64,000 bases of DNA from Octopus sinensis (Eukaryota): NCBI RefSeq assembly GCF_006345805.1, contig NC_043001.1:50220001-50284000 (forward strand), read 5' to 3'. The translations under genes and the position numbers were made by a program. Positions within the stretch are counted from its first letter, which is position 1. Each line of letters opens with the position of its first letter. The notes beneath the pieces are model-generated. The model was not told the origin of the DNA, searched no databases, and worked only from the letters and a program-made list of their open reading frames with translations. Below, one piece after another: positions 48,046 to 60,600 of the stretch.

Positions 48046-50765
48046 GAAATCAATAATATTTTTCGAAAACTGAAACTATTCCAATATTCCAGAAATTATT
48101 CCATCGCTTTTAACTACTGTGCATAGTAATCTGATAGATTACGCCTGATTTTTAGCTCCCTCGATACTCTTAGCATCATTACTGTTCGCATCTTCCCTGT
48201 TTTATAAATTTCGACTGTTGATGTCAGTGGTAACTGCAACGTGCCTCTTTTACGATAAAGAGCTGAGCTGTTCTATAGAATACATTGCACTTTTGTTCAA
48301 TGATTTGAACTCGTGATAGTACCACCTCGTATATTAAAAGTGGCCACGAAGGTCGCACATATAAGCCGAAATGAAAACGCCATATTTTACATCCCTAGTA
48401 GTTTGATTCATCAATTGCTGTTAGTCTACATCCGGATTTTTCATTATCTGTATCCCGCAACTCTTCTCTGGCAATGTTCCAGCCTATATACACTCCAAGC
48501 TCTTTACGTGTTCTTCTTTAACTGTTGGGATACTTTCTCTTGCTATTTTAAATTTTAATTTAATTTTTTCACTGCCTTAATAAATGTTAGAATACGTGTC
48601 TTTTTTGCTCTAAATCGCATCCTTTATTGCTTCATCAGCTCATCTAGCCTCGTAAGGGCACTCTGCATGATTTGCTTGTCTATAGATAGAAGTGCCAGGT
48701 TATTCATTAAGGCCTTCTTATGTGATTGTATATGGGCCATTTGTTCCAAGATGTATGTCACTTTCAATTTATAATTTACAATTTTTTATATTTTACTTGT
48801 AAATTTATGATTTTAAACTTCATACATTTATGCTTTACTCCAATCCCATTATATGCATATTACTAGCTAACTATCAATTTTCCCTCTCTACGGCTTTATC
48901 TACTATTCCATTTATAAAGAATTCGCAACTTACTGTATAACTTACATAACATTTTTATTTCTGCTAATTCTAAACTCTTATACTTAACCTTCAAACTTAA
49001 TACATTATATATTTTATCTTATCCCTTTTTACCTTGATCGTGTTTTATTACAGTCTGCTTTATAGGGCTGTCATATCTATATTACTAGCTAAGTATTTAC
49101 TTTCAATCTAAGCATCTTATCTACTACATTTTATACGACTCGCTATTGTAATTATGCCACTGCTCTTGGACATACTAAAATTTTAAATTTCAAATTGATT
49201 TTCCTATATCTCCTCTATTTTCTCTATTTTATATATCATCAATTTATCTAAACTATATTCGTTCAAAACTAACATAGATTATAACTTTTTTGACCACTTT
49301 TCAATTAAAGTAATTCTGGCAATAGTTCTTACCATTGTCATCAGTTTCATTCGTCTCATACTTTTAATCTTAAACTGAAATAATTTCTCACACATCAAAT
49401 GAATTTTTGTACCGGTCATAATGTTGTATTGACTGACCATTCTGAGAATCTTTAGTCCAGATACACTGGTTTGCTATATATTGTCTTTTCCTCATTTATT
49501 AATGTCCGTAGTTCTTGTTATTTTTCCTTTTTCTCCTTCTCTCATGATCTCTATACTAATTATTCACCGTCTAACAATACTTCTATCCACTTTTCGTTTC
49601 CTCCCGATATAAGCAAAAAAAACAATGCCATGTCTGGACGACGCAAAACGTAAGAGCCACACCTTTGATGCAAGTCTGACGAAGTGCAACTCGAATGTCT
49701 AAAGCCGCAAACGTTACACAAATTTTAACTTCGAATTATTTACGTAAATAATTGTTAACAGAAAAGTTAGTCAAAAACAATTGTAACGTATCATTAAAGG
49801 TGAATTAAATGATTTATTCGTTTTCTTGTATTATAATTTACTCTTCAGCACACCCACACAACGTTTTTAAGGTCATGAAACCGGGATTTTCTACACCTGA
49901 AGAATTTCGGTATGAGTCTGGAATCCGACAGTGTTAATAGTCCAGAATGTTAGAATACGTGTCTTTTTTGCTCTAAATCGCACCCTGTATTGCTTTATCA
50001 GCTCGTCTAGCCTCGTGAGGGCACTCTGCAAGATTTGCTTGTCTATAGATAGAAGTGTCAGGTCGTCCATTAAGGCCTCCTTAGGAGATACAATACCTTT
50101 ATACCCTACCAGGACCTAAGATATATACAATTTTCAGAATGAGATAAAAATCCAAGGCTATGAAAGAGTTTAGAACATTTATAAATAGAATGTCTTACAG
50201 CTGTTTCTGGGATATTTTATATATCCCTTAATCGGAGACGATGCGAGAAAATGGTTAAGCAATAGTTAATTTAGATAAGATATGAAATAGAGAGTGAAGT
50301 GGAGGAATGAAAATAGTTGTAAGATATACATGGATATTGCATCTGTAGATCCATTGTTTAGACAGAATGGTATACATATAAGATTCCAATACCTTGTAAG
50401 TTCCAACAGTATTAAGTACTGTTGGAACTTACTCACAAGGTATTGAAATCTTATATGTATACCATTCTGCCTAAATAATGGATCTACAGATGCAATATCC
50501 ATGCATATCTCACGTCTATTTTCATTGCTTCACTTCACTCACTATTTCATATCTTATCCAAATTAACTATTGTGTAACCATTTTCTCACACCGTCTCCGA
50601 TGAAGGGTTATATGAAATATCCCGGAAACAGCTGTAAGACTTTCTAAATTTATATAAATTTATATAAATCCGGAAGTGCTGTTCTATCTTATGTTATGTT
50701 TCGATGTCGCTTGATCGAGGATGCAACGGGTAGGTTTAGCATTTTCAAATTTATAATCTTGAAAT

Positions 50766-50822
50766 ATCATGCTGATGAGGGAAATGAATTTTAAAATTCT
50801 AATCCCGAAACGCGTACATGAT
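50766..50822 (+). ncRNA. Duplicate of the hammerhead ribozyme at 40713
   Basis: Identical sequence. Confidence 0.75.
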
Positions 50823-51350
50823 TAATCGTAAGACTGGTTGATTTCGATTTTTTTCCTTGTTGCCTATGTGAGTTACAAGTATTGCGGTCTCTGGAGACAT
50901 ATTGTAGTTAAAAAAATTAGCGGTTTTTAACTGCTATTTCTAAATTTTCGGTATGTGGTAAAGCAACTTTTTGCTAAACACTTAATTATATTTATAATTA
51001 TAAAAAGGCTTTTTGTATAAGTTTTTACCGATTATGGTTTTTTTTCCATACCGTAGCTACATAGTGAAATTTGTTAATTATTAAATTAATATATATATAC
51101 ATAGAGAGAGCGAGAGGAATACAAAAAACGGGAAAAGAATGCAAAACATCCACTCAGATGATACAAAAGAGGGAGAAGAAAAAACACAGACAGGTCATTC
51201 AATGTTTTCTTTCCTCAATCGAATTTCGAATGACCCGTCCGTGTTTTTTTCTTGTCCCTCTTTTGTTTAATCTGTCTGGATGTTTTGTTGTCCTTTTTTG
51301 TATTCCTTTTTATATATACATATGGCAGCGTACGTACAGTTTAGTCTCTC

Positions 51351-51432
<82 letters not shown>

Positions 51433-51582
51433 ATATATATAATATATATACATATATGCATTTATACATGTACGTATACTATATATATATAGATGTAGAC
51501 ATATATATATATATATATATATGCATGCATATATATACATACATATTCATATATACATATATATACACGTACATATATATCG

Positions 51583-51616
<34 letters not shown>

Positions 51617-51722
51617 GTACATATATATGTATACATATATATATATGCATATACATACATATATATATATATATAATATATATACATATACATATATATA
51701 TATTCATATATATATATATACA

Positions 51723-51765
<43 letters not shown>

Positions 51766-52825
51766 ATATATATAAAGGTAAATTTTACAATTTACCTTTT
51801 CAAATCAGCTTGCTAAGTATATAGTCAAGAATATTAAATTTATTAACCGTAATAAATTCCCTCTACCTAGAAAGGAACCTCTAAGGAAATTACACTCTAT
51901 TATAAAAGTACTAAGGAAGAAAGGCGCACTGGTTTATGCAAAAAAAAAAACAGGTATCCTTGGTAATATAAGCATTCCTTAGTATCAAAGACTTCTTAAG
52001 AAAGAAATAACTAAGAACTCGGTAATGCAGTGAAAGCATATTATAAAAATAAAACTACTGAATAATAATAATAATAATATGCAGTACTAGGCAGTGATTC
52101 TCATGGCTTCTGATTTTATCTGATTGGAAGTGTTATCAAGAACATTGTTTTGTCTTGGTATAAAAATGGGCTACAGCAAATATTCTCCTCAATACCACAG
52201 ATTTCCTTGTCAGTTCTTTGACCCCAACCAGTTGAACATGTCCATTAATGGCTGGCGATATTTGCATCTCTGATCATGAGCAGAAGTAGTGGGGGAGCAT
52301 CATAGCCATGTGTTGAGAGGAATTCTTTGGGGTTTGAATAATTCACTTCTGGAAACATGGGTGTTTCGTTCCTTATTCAGGGACCTTTTAAGCGGATGGG
52401 CTACTCGACCTGAAGAAAATTCTGAGTCCCACCTGCAAGGTCATGCACTGCTTATCTTGATATGAGATTATCATGTCACGCACATATGGGTATGATGCAT
52501 GTGCCTACTGTACCCTTATTAGACGGATAGTCATGATGAGTATACTGGGCTTCATATATTTTACTCTAGTGTCACTTTGATGGCATGCACTGCTCTCTCA
52601 CTCAATAATAATAATAACAATAATAAGAGTAATAGCAGTGAGTAGAAGAAGAAGAAGAAGAAGAAGAAGAAGAAGAAGAAGAAGAAGAGAGAAGAAGAAG
52701 AAGAAGAAGAAGAAGAAGAAGAAGAGAAGAAGAAGAAGAAGAAGAAGAAGAAGAAGAAGAAGAAGATAACAGATAGCGAATATAATATGAAAAGGTAAAA
52801 ACATACTTTGAACAGGTAAAAAAAA

Positions 52826-53894
52826 GCAAATTAAATAAAATTTGGGTTTTTTGCGGAGAGCGAAAGTGGTAACAAAAACAGGACAGTGAGAACAAGACAG
52901 TAAAAGCAAACGTGACGGTTGTTAAACCAAGACGATGCTTTGCAGGAAGGACTGTTTTAACGGAGTCGCGTATTGTCCTTACTTTCGAAACGCGGAGTAG
53001 ATAAAACAGGGAAAAACTTATTTTGCATGTCTCGTTTCTCTGTTTGTTTGTTTTTTGTTGTTCGAAAAAAAGTTCGTTTTCTGTTTTTGTTTTTATGTTT
53101 TCGTTTCTCATTGTGTCTACGATTTTTAAATGTCCTGTATCCATATATGCATGTATATATACATATATCTGTAGGTATGTACATATATGTATGCATATAT
53201 GCATATATTTATATATTATTTATATTATTATATGAACGAACGCCACACATCCTTTTCCAAATATGTTTTATCCTAATAATTACGACGCGCACTCTTATTC
53301 TATCTCTTCTCTGTCTATCTATCTCCCTCTCTTGTTCTTCTTTTCTGTTTTTCTCTCCCACCCTTTCCCTACTCTTCTCCTCTCCCCTTCACCGTTCCCT
53401 CTCTCTCTATCTCACTCTTCCTCCTTGACTCTCACGTCGCTGACACATGACGAAATGCCATCTATCTTTCTTCCACATCCTTCTTAAAGACAAGTCGTGC
53501 TTTTATATGTCTCTTCTCAAACTTCGTTTTTCTAGTGTTCATAATCTTCACATCGTCTTGGCTTAATAGCCCTCTCCATTTGTTTTTACTGTCTTGTTCT
53601 CACTGTCCTGTTTTTGTTACCACTTTCACCTTCCGCAAAATATCTCAAATTTCATTTAATTTGCTTTGCGGGAAGGACTGTTTTAACGAAGTTGCATATT
53701 GTCCTTACCTTCGAACGCGGAGTAGATGAAACGGGGGACAACTGATGAAGAGAATGTTCTTTATGCTGCATGTCTCGTTTCTCTGTTTGTTTTTTTTTTC
53801 GTTGTTCGAAAAAAGTTCGTTTTCTGTGTTTTTGTTTTTAATGTTTTCGTTTCTCATTGTGTCTACGTTTTTTATGTCTTGTACCCATATATGT

Positions 53895-53954
<60 letters not shown>

Positions 53955-54049
53955 GTATGTACATATATCTATATGTATATATGCATATATTTATATATTA
54001 TTTATATTATTCTATGATCGAACGCCACGCATCCTTTTCCAACTAAGCT

Positions 54050-54050
<1 letters not shown>
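52826..54050. mobile_element. Penelope-like terminal repeat cluster with direct and inverted partial copies
   Basis: 52826-52905 is inverted at 53585-53665; 52937-53270 is repeated at 53665-54045; the same family lies reversed at 58500-58900. Confidence 0.55.
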
Positions 54051-54145
<95 letters not shown>

Positions 54146-55747
54146 GAGGATAATATCGATATTTAAGTATCCATATTATCAAGTGGCCAGCATGGGAAAA
54201 ATACCGTACAAAGGTAATAATTTTTAACAATTAAAAATGAGGGTGTCTAAGAGACACCAACATGCCGAAATAGCAGTCGAAACTCTGACTACAAAAACCA
54301 CGTTAAGTGTTCGTATCGCACCATGAGATATATATATATAAAGTAAAAATTAAAAGAGTCAAAAGGAAGAGTAAGTAAAAATTAAAAGAGTCAAAAGGAA
54401 GAGTAAGTATGGTTAGGCAACTTTTTAATCGTTACAAATGTTTCGATACATACAATTTTATAATTATGAGCATAATTCTGTTTGAATTCGGAAGTACTGG
54501 TCGTTAGATGTATGTTGTCTGATGTCGCCTGGTCAGATAAGGCATGTTTAATTTTTGCAGTGCTGCTCTCAAATTTAAAATCTTGAATTACTGTACTGAA
54601 GAGGAGAATGATAGAGTGGAAATATGATTTTACATTTTTCACATCTGTCTAGCTCCGAAACGCGTATATAGTTAATCATAGCCGGGTGGATTAGTTATTA
54701 TACCGTTTGATAAGGGCAAAAAAATCTGTGCTCTTTGTAACTCGGAACTCTTTCATATTTTGTTCGCCCGAGGGTACCTTGTTAACTCGATTGTGCAAAA
54801 TTCTTTCAGATGCCCCCACTGGAAAAGGCATACATTTCTCTCATACCAATGAAGTCTAATATAGTTAACCCCTTGATTTCCTAAGAAAATTGGAAAAAAA
54901 TTTGAATTAAATTTGTAAGGGGATATCACTCCCCTGTTATTATAAGAACTGCTAGTTGTCTAGAACTGCTGACATCCCTGACAGCAGCACTGTATCCTGC
55001 CATGACCATTGTGACACCCCCTCTCTCTATCAAGTCGTTACAGTCGAACACACAGACACAGTCTTTTCTGTTGCTTGACCATTAATACCTGCTATATATA
55101 TCTCTCTCTCTTGCTGCCTTCGAAACACACTGCCACACATACATAGACGCACACACACATACATGAAAGCAATTTCTCACACTCAAACGCTCTAGCACTC
55201 ATTCTTAAAATAATTCAAATATTAACACCAGTCATACAGAATACATTCACACTCTTTGATTTTCCTGTACTCCCCTTCTGCTAACCGGATTTTGACCTTG
55301 TATTATCTCAACGGACCTTCTCGTCTGCTTTCACCCAACCTGGCGTCAACGCATAAAGATGGACAGTTTGTGCCATTTATTCCATGGGCTCCTCGTGAGC
55401 GTTTTGTCGAAAAGTTTGCTGTGCATTTTGTTGGAGAATTAAGTTCCTGGATTTTCCTGAAGAGAAGGCTGCAAAATGGACTCCTTATTCAATCCGAATT
55501 AGGGACTTTGCAACCTTTGAAACATATGTAGAAAATAATAAAAAGGAATTTTGTTAAATCTTCGTTCAGCTCCATTTCTTCCTACACTAAATATATAAAA
55601 CTTCAAATTTCCGCACTAAGGCACGGATTTTAGGCCCCATGGTCGTAACCCCAACCGTGCCTTTTCTGTTGTGATTTTTGCTACCCAGGTATTGGTTATC
55701 ATTTGAATTATCCGTAATTAGATAATTCATTTATCTACTTCAATAAC

Positions 55748-55781
<34 letters not shown>

Positions 55782-56404
55782 ATATATGTTTTGCAAACAA
55801 CTTTGTGCAAGTGCTACCAATCTAAATTTCCGCATACCGGAAACCAATCTAAAAGAACTGTGATGCGCATGGTATTGCTGTTTAAAATTTATAGTTAAAC
55901 AATAAAAAAATTGAAAAGTTAAAAAATTAAGACATTGGAAAGTCGAATTGGGCTGCTGGAGATTGTCTAAAGGGTGTTCGATATATGTACAGTGTAGTGA
56001 TTTAGGTTGCATTTAGATCTGAGGTAAAATTTGAATGTATGAAAAAAAGCGGTGGTTGTATGTACCTAAGGCCTCGTTATATTTATTTAGTAGTATTGAA
56101 AAGTTATGCTTTAATATGTTGAATGCTTCTTTTAGATATAACTTGCAGGCTGAGCGTGACCTTGGTATGAAAGCCCTGAATCTATTATGGACCATCATAA
56201 GTTATATGTAATATTCCTATTTTTGTGATGATGTATGCGACTGGCGTGGGTTGTGGGTTTACTGTGTTTCTCATCTCTAAAAGAATTGAGATGCGCAGCG
56301 TATCGCTGTTTAAAATTTATATTATCGGACCGGAGGTCTATTATCCTTCTATAGCACTTTCATAGCCTTACCTGCCATCTTAGGTCTTCTGGATACCAAA
56401 ACCT

Positions 56405-56437
<33 letters not shown>

Positions 56438-56506
56438 TCATACATGCACATACCTATGTATATAAATCTATGCATGTGCATACAAATGCGCGTGTGTGTG
56501 TGTAAA

Positions 56507-56538
<32 letters not shown>

Positions 56539-56902
56539 CTTGTGAAATCGAGAGATATAATTTACGATGAAAATTTGATTTCATTTTCATTGTGGGGAAT
56601 TCAGAGCTCACCTCTGACTGTCGCCGCCTCAGACTGTCACTCGTCTTTCCCTAGCGTCTTCCGAGTAGAGCCTTTAAATATTGTCTGTCTGCTTTAGCAT
56701 CTCTGACTACCACTCACTGCCACTTCGTGTGTTGTTTTACTACTTTTTTTACCTACAGCGTACAGCGTGAAAGACAGGGTCACACTAAACGTGTTATTAT
56801 ATAAGAAGATAACTAGTCCGGGAATATTTTGATATCACCTCGTATATTTAGAATGCATTCTAAGACGTTATTGTGTGTGTATTATCGTTCTATAACTGTG
56901 AG

Positions 56903-57412
56903 TAAACGCTCTAAGTTAGATCATATTTAGGCAATGCATATAATTAAGGCTGAAGTATCTTCCTGGTTGCTAAGAAAAATTTAATTAGCCTTTGCTATTT
57001 AATAGAAATAATACTGTTTTTTAAATAATGGCGGTGAAACTTACTAGACATTTTCAATGTTTCAGGTGCCTAATATTTTGGACATGAGAAGGTATAATGT
57101 AAACAGGATACTTGATATCAGTTAAGTCCTATTTAATAAAGGTATAGTAGTGACAAAGGGAAAATGTATGGATATGTTTAAAATTTCACACTCATATATA
57201 TATGAGTGTGAAATTTTAAACATATCCATACATGGATATTAGGCACCTAAAACATTGAAAATGTCTATTAAGTTTCACCGCCATTGTTTAAAAAACAGTA
57301 TTATTTCAATTAAATAGTAAAGGCTAATTAAATTTTTGTTAGCAACCAGGAAGATACTTTAGCCTTAATTATATGCATTGCCTAAATACGACTTAACTTA
57401 GAGCGTTTACAC
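56903..57412. repeat. Fold-back inverted duplication centred on the (TA)n at about 57200
   Basis: 57201-57412 is the reverse complement of 56903-57200 with about 100 bp missing. Absent from the paralogous module at 32500-32800. Confidence 0.9.
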
Positions 57413-57899
57413 ACACATATATATGAGTGTGTGTGTGTGCCCGTATATGCATACATACAAAAACACTCACGACATGCAGACATATACACGTCTACCTATG
57501 TAAATACATTCTTACACATATCTCCCCCCCTTTATACTAAGTGGCTAGAAGAATACCACATGAAACAGTTGCTCTAGTAAGCGGGGCCTTATCTCTGTAA
57601 GTGGGGTCAATGTGCAATAACACCAGCGAAAGAAAGTTCTCAGAACGATGTGCCTTCTCTCTTGATGACCTCATACATCAGGTAGTATCTGGCATCTGTG
57701 ATATCTAACTGTTAGCACTTCTTTCTGCAAGTTGTTTGCAACTAATATACTCAGAGAGCATTGTCGTTATCTAGGTTATGTATGTATATATTCATATAAG
57801 TATATATGTGTGTATATAAATATGAATGTATGTATCTATGTATTTATGTCTGTATTTAAAGCCATTAAATCAAACTAAAGTTATTATTGTGCAGACCAA

Positions 57900-57990
57900 C
57901 TATCTTATCGCACATTTATTTTAACCAGGAAAGCGAACAAAATTACATTTTCGTGTTTGAGAAGTGACTCGCTCACAAAAGGTAAGAAAA
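57900..57990 (+). promoter_or_regulatory. Candidate 5' UTR exon end and splice donor (AAG|GTAAGA, intron starting at 57982)
   Basis: Consensus donor conserved at 33541 in copy A. An alternative donor AAG|GTAAGT near 58060 is not conserved. Confidence 0.35.
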
Positions 57991-60265
57991 CAATTCTTAC
58001 TATTGTTATTGCTGTTGTTGTGGTCACCGTCGTTGGTATTGTTGCTATTGTTTAGCTGAAAGGTAAGTTTGAACAAGTAGTTCTATTGTACAAAATGTTC
58101 CATCTCCGACCACTATCCTGTCTACAAAGGCGTAATGCCTACTCGAAATTATTATAGCCAATGTATCCTTTTCAAAAAAAATTTAAGCGCTGATATAAGT
58201 AATATTTAGTAGTCATTTTTTGACACAAAGAGAGAAACCACCAGGATAATTTGGACATTCACTGATGAGGAAATCAGCTACGAATTTTCGATGTTCCATG
58301 TTTTTGTCGAATTTTCCGTTGGTTATGTTTTCGTCTAATTTTACTCTTGTCACGGATTCCTTAGTTTTCTGTTTGCTGTGTTTCCGTTAATTTTTTTCTT
58401 TGTTGTGTTCTTTCTATTCAATCCTTGATACTCCCTGTTTGTTTACTGATATATATGTGTGTGCATATATATAATAACAATTTAATAAATAAAACATATG
58501 CATACATACATATATGTACGTACCTACATCTATATGTATATATACATGCATATATGAGTACAGGACACCACAAATAAACGTAGAACACAACGAGAAACGA
58601 TAACATAAAACCAAACAAGTAAAAGGACTTTTTTTAACAACGAAAAAACAGAGTACAAGACAAACAACACAAGCAAAATTCCCCTTCTTCAGCTGCCCCT
58701 GTTTCGACTCAATGCTTGTTTCGAAGGTAAGGGCAGAACACGACAACACCGAAGCAGTCCTTCCCGCAAAATGAATTAAATAAGATTCATTTGCGGAGGG
58801 GTAAAATAAAAAAAAAGTGACAAGAACAGGACGTAAAAGCAATACAAATGAAGAAAAAAACAGTATAAATAACGATAAAAACAGTAAAAGACAGGACAAG
58901 GAAACAAAAAATATATATATATATATATGACAACTGGTGTTTGTGTGACAGCATTACCATAAATTAACGGTTGGGCAAAGTGATCGACAGAATGAGTACT
59001 GGGCTTAAAAATAAGTATAAGGGTTGATTCATTCGACTAAAAGCTAAAGGTGGGGTCCTAGCAGAGCCGCAGTATAACGACTGAAACGACTAAAAGATAG
59101 AAGTTTTTGTTGACCCCGAAAAAATAAGCCGATCTCGGTGGAATTTGAAAATAGTATATAAAGACAGACAAAAACACTACAAAGCATTTTATCCGGCATG
59201 CAAACAATTCTGCCAACTTTCTGCCACCAGCCTATTAAAATAATGAAATTATTTCCAATATTAATCCCCCTTGCAGAAAGATTGCCCTCCGGGTGGTTTT
59301 CTGCTAGCCACTTGACAATATTTTCACATTGATATTTTCAGTCGCAAATTTTTTTGGACACAAAATTCCAAAGTGATATTTGTGTAATAATGAAACCAAA
59401 CTAGGAGTGTTGCTTAGTAAATATTTCTTCCAGTAATTTATCGTTGTTGTAATATACCTCTCATTTAAAGAATCTTCAAGGTAACCCAACTACGTTTAGC
59501 GTGCTGGAAGTAGCAGCGATCACATGCTTATTATTGGAAGGCTTATAGCGTTCCAAACAGCCACCAACAAAATCTCTTCTTTATTTATTAAAAAATTTAT
59601 GCCGGTATATTAAGAAATTTTCATTTTATCAAAATTATTCATTTAACAAATTCCGGAAACTGATATTAACATAAGCTTTAAAGTTATACAGCTATTTTGT
59701 CTAATAGCATTCATTCATTCATTAAATAATTTTTTAAAAATTACGTATATAGAATAAACTGTAGGATTTGCAAATAGCGAATTAAAAATTGAAATGAAAA
59801 TATTGAAATGAATATATATTAAATTATCATCAATGAAAATAGAGGCGAGAGAGAGTGAGAGACTGTTGCAAATGAAAATGGAAAATTTCACCTGCAACGA
59901 ATATTGTTTATTAAACATTAAAGTCTACTCTGAATATTCAAATCTGTAAAAACACTTGTAGTTCAAATATTACATAATCTTCAGAAATCAAAATTACAGG
60001 AAATTTCTTGGAACATGAATTTATAAAAAATTCCAGATGGTCAAGCCTTTAATAATTGCTTTCTTTTAGTAACTGTTACACATATAATTAATGAATAACT
60101 TTCTTCATTATGATATATATACATCCATAATTTTAGTTCAAATATCACTTGATTCAACTGATATAATATTTTACTATTTTGATAAAACTGGACTAATCTT
60201 CAACTAGGAACCATCCAATACCGTGTAAAATGTATCTTTTTTCTGTCCGTTTTTTCTTTCTTTCT

Positions 60266-60345
<80 letters not shown>

Positions 60346-60564
60346 TTTTTTGCACTCAAAGAAATCACAATAAAAATTTCAAGAGGAAGTGTCAAGAGAT
60401 TGATATGAAAATATACACAGTATGACTATGAACGAAAGCATGATTAAAGAATAAACAAAACTAAACAAGCTACAAGACAGTTACCTTTAGTTTTGAATAA
60501 ATATTTTCCATTCTAAATAGTTACGGAATAAGGAAAATGAAATTAAACCTCCATTAATTTATAT

Positions 60565-60600
60565 GTTCAATTTTTCTTTATTACAGAAAACGAAACATGG
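60565..60600 (+). promoter_or_regulatory. Splice acceptor and strong start context
   Basis: ttcaatttttctttattacAG (60585-60586) is followed 10 nt later by aacATGG. Confidence 0.7.

Larger units (their letters stand above)
43019..53033 (+). repeat. Near-identical duplicate of 32960-42918
   Basis: The ORF track repeats at offsets of 10053-10060. Differences are sparse and clustered at 49390-49840 and 52070-53000. Confidence 0.97.

Noticed and set aside
54341-54408. 31-bp perfect tandem duplication
   Set aside because: Ordinary slippage duplication with no associated structure.
54917-55560. Possible solo LTR and ORF 55256..55531
   Set aside because: TG start noted, but no clear CA end, TSD or recognisable protein motif.
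600-56697. Many ORFs rich in IY, HT, VC, poly-K, poly-E, poly-L, poly-S or poly-I
   Set aside because: They are translations of (TA)n, (CA)n, (TACA)n, (GAA)n and (ATT)n microsatellites or antisense frames of LINEs.
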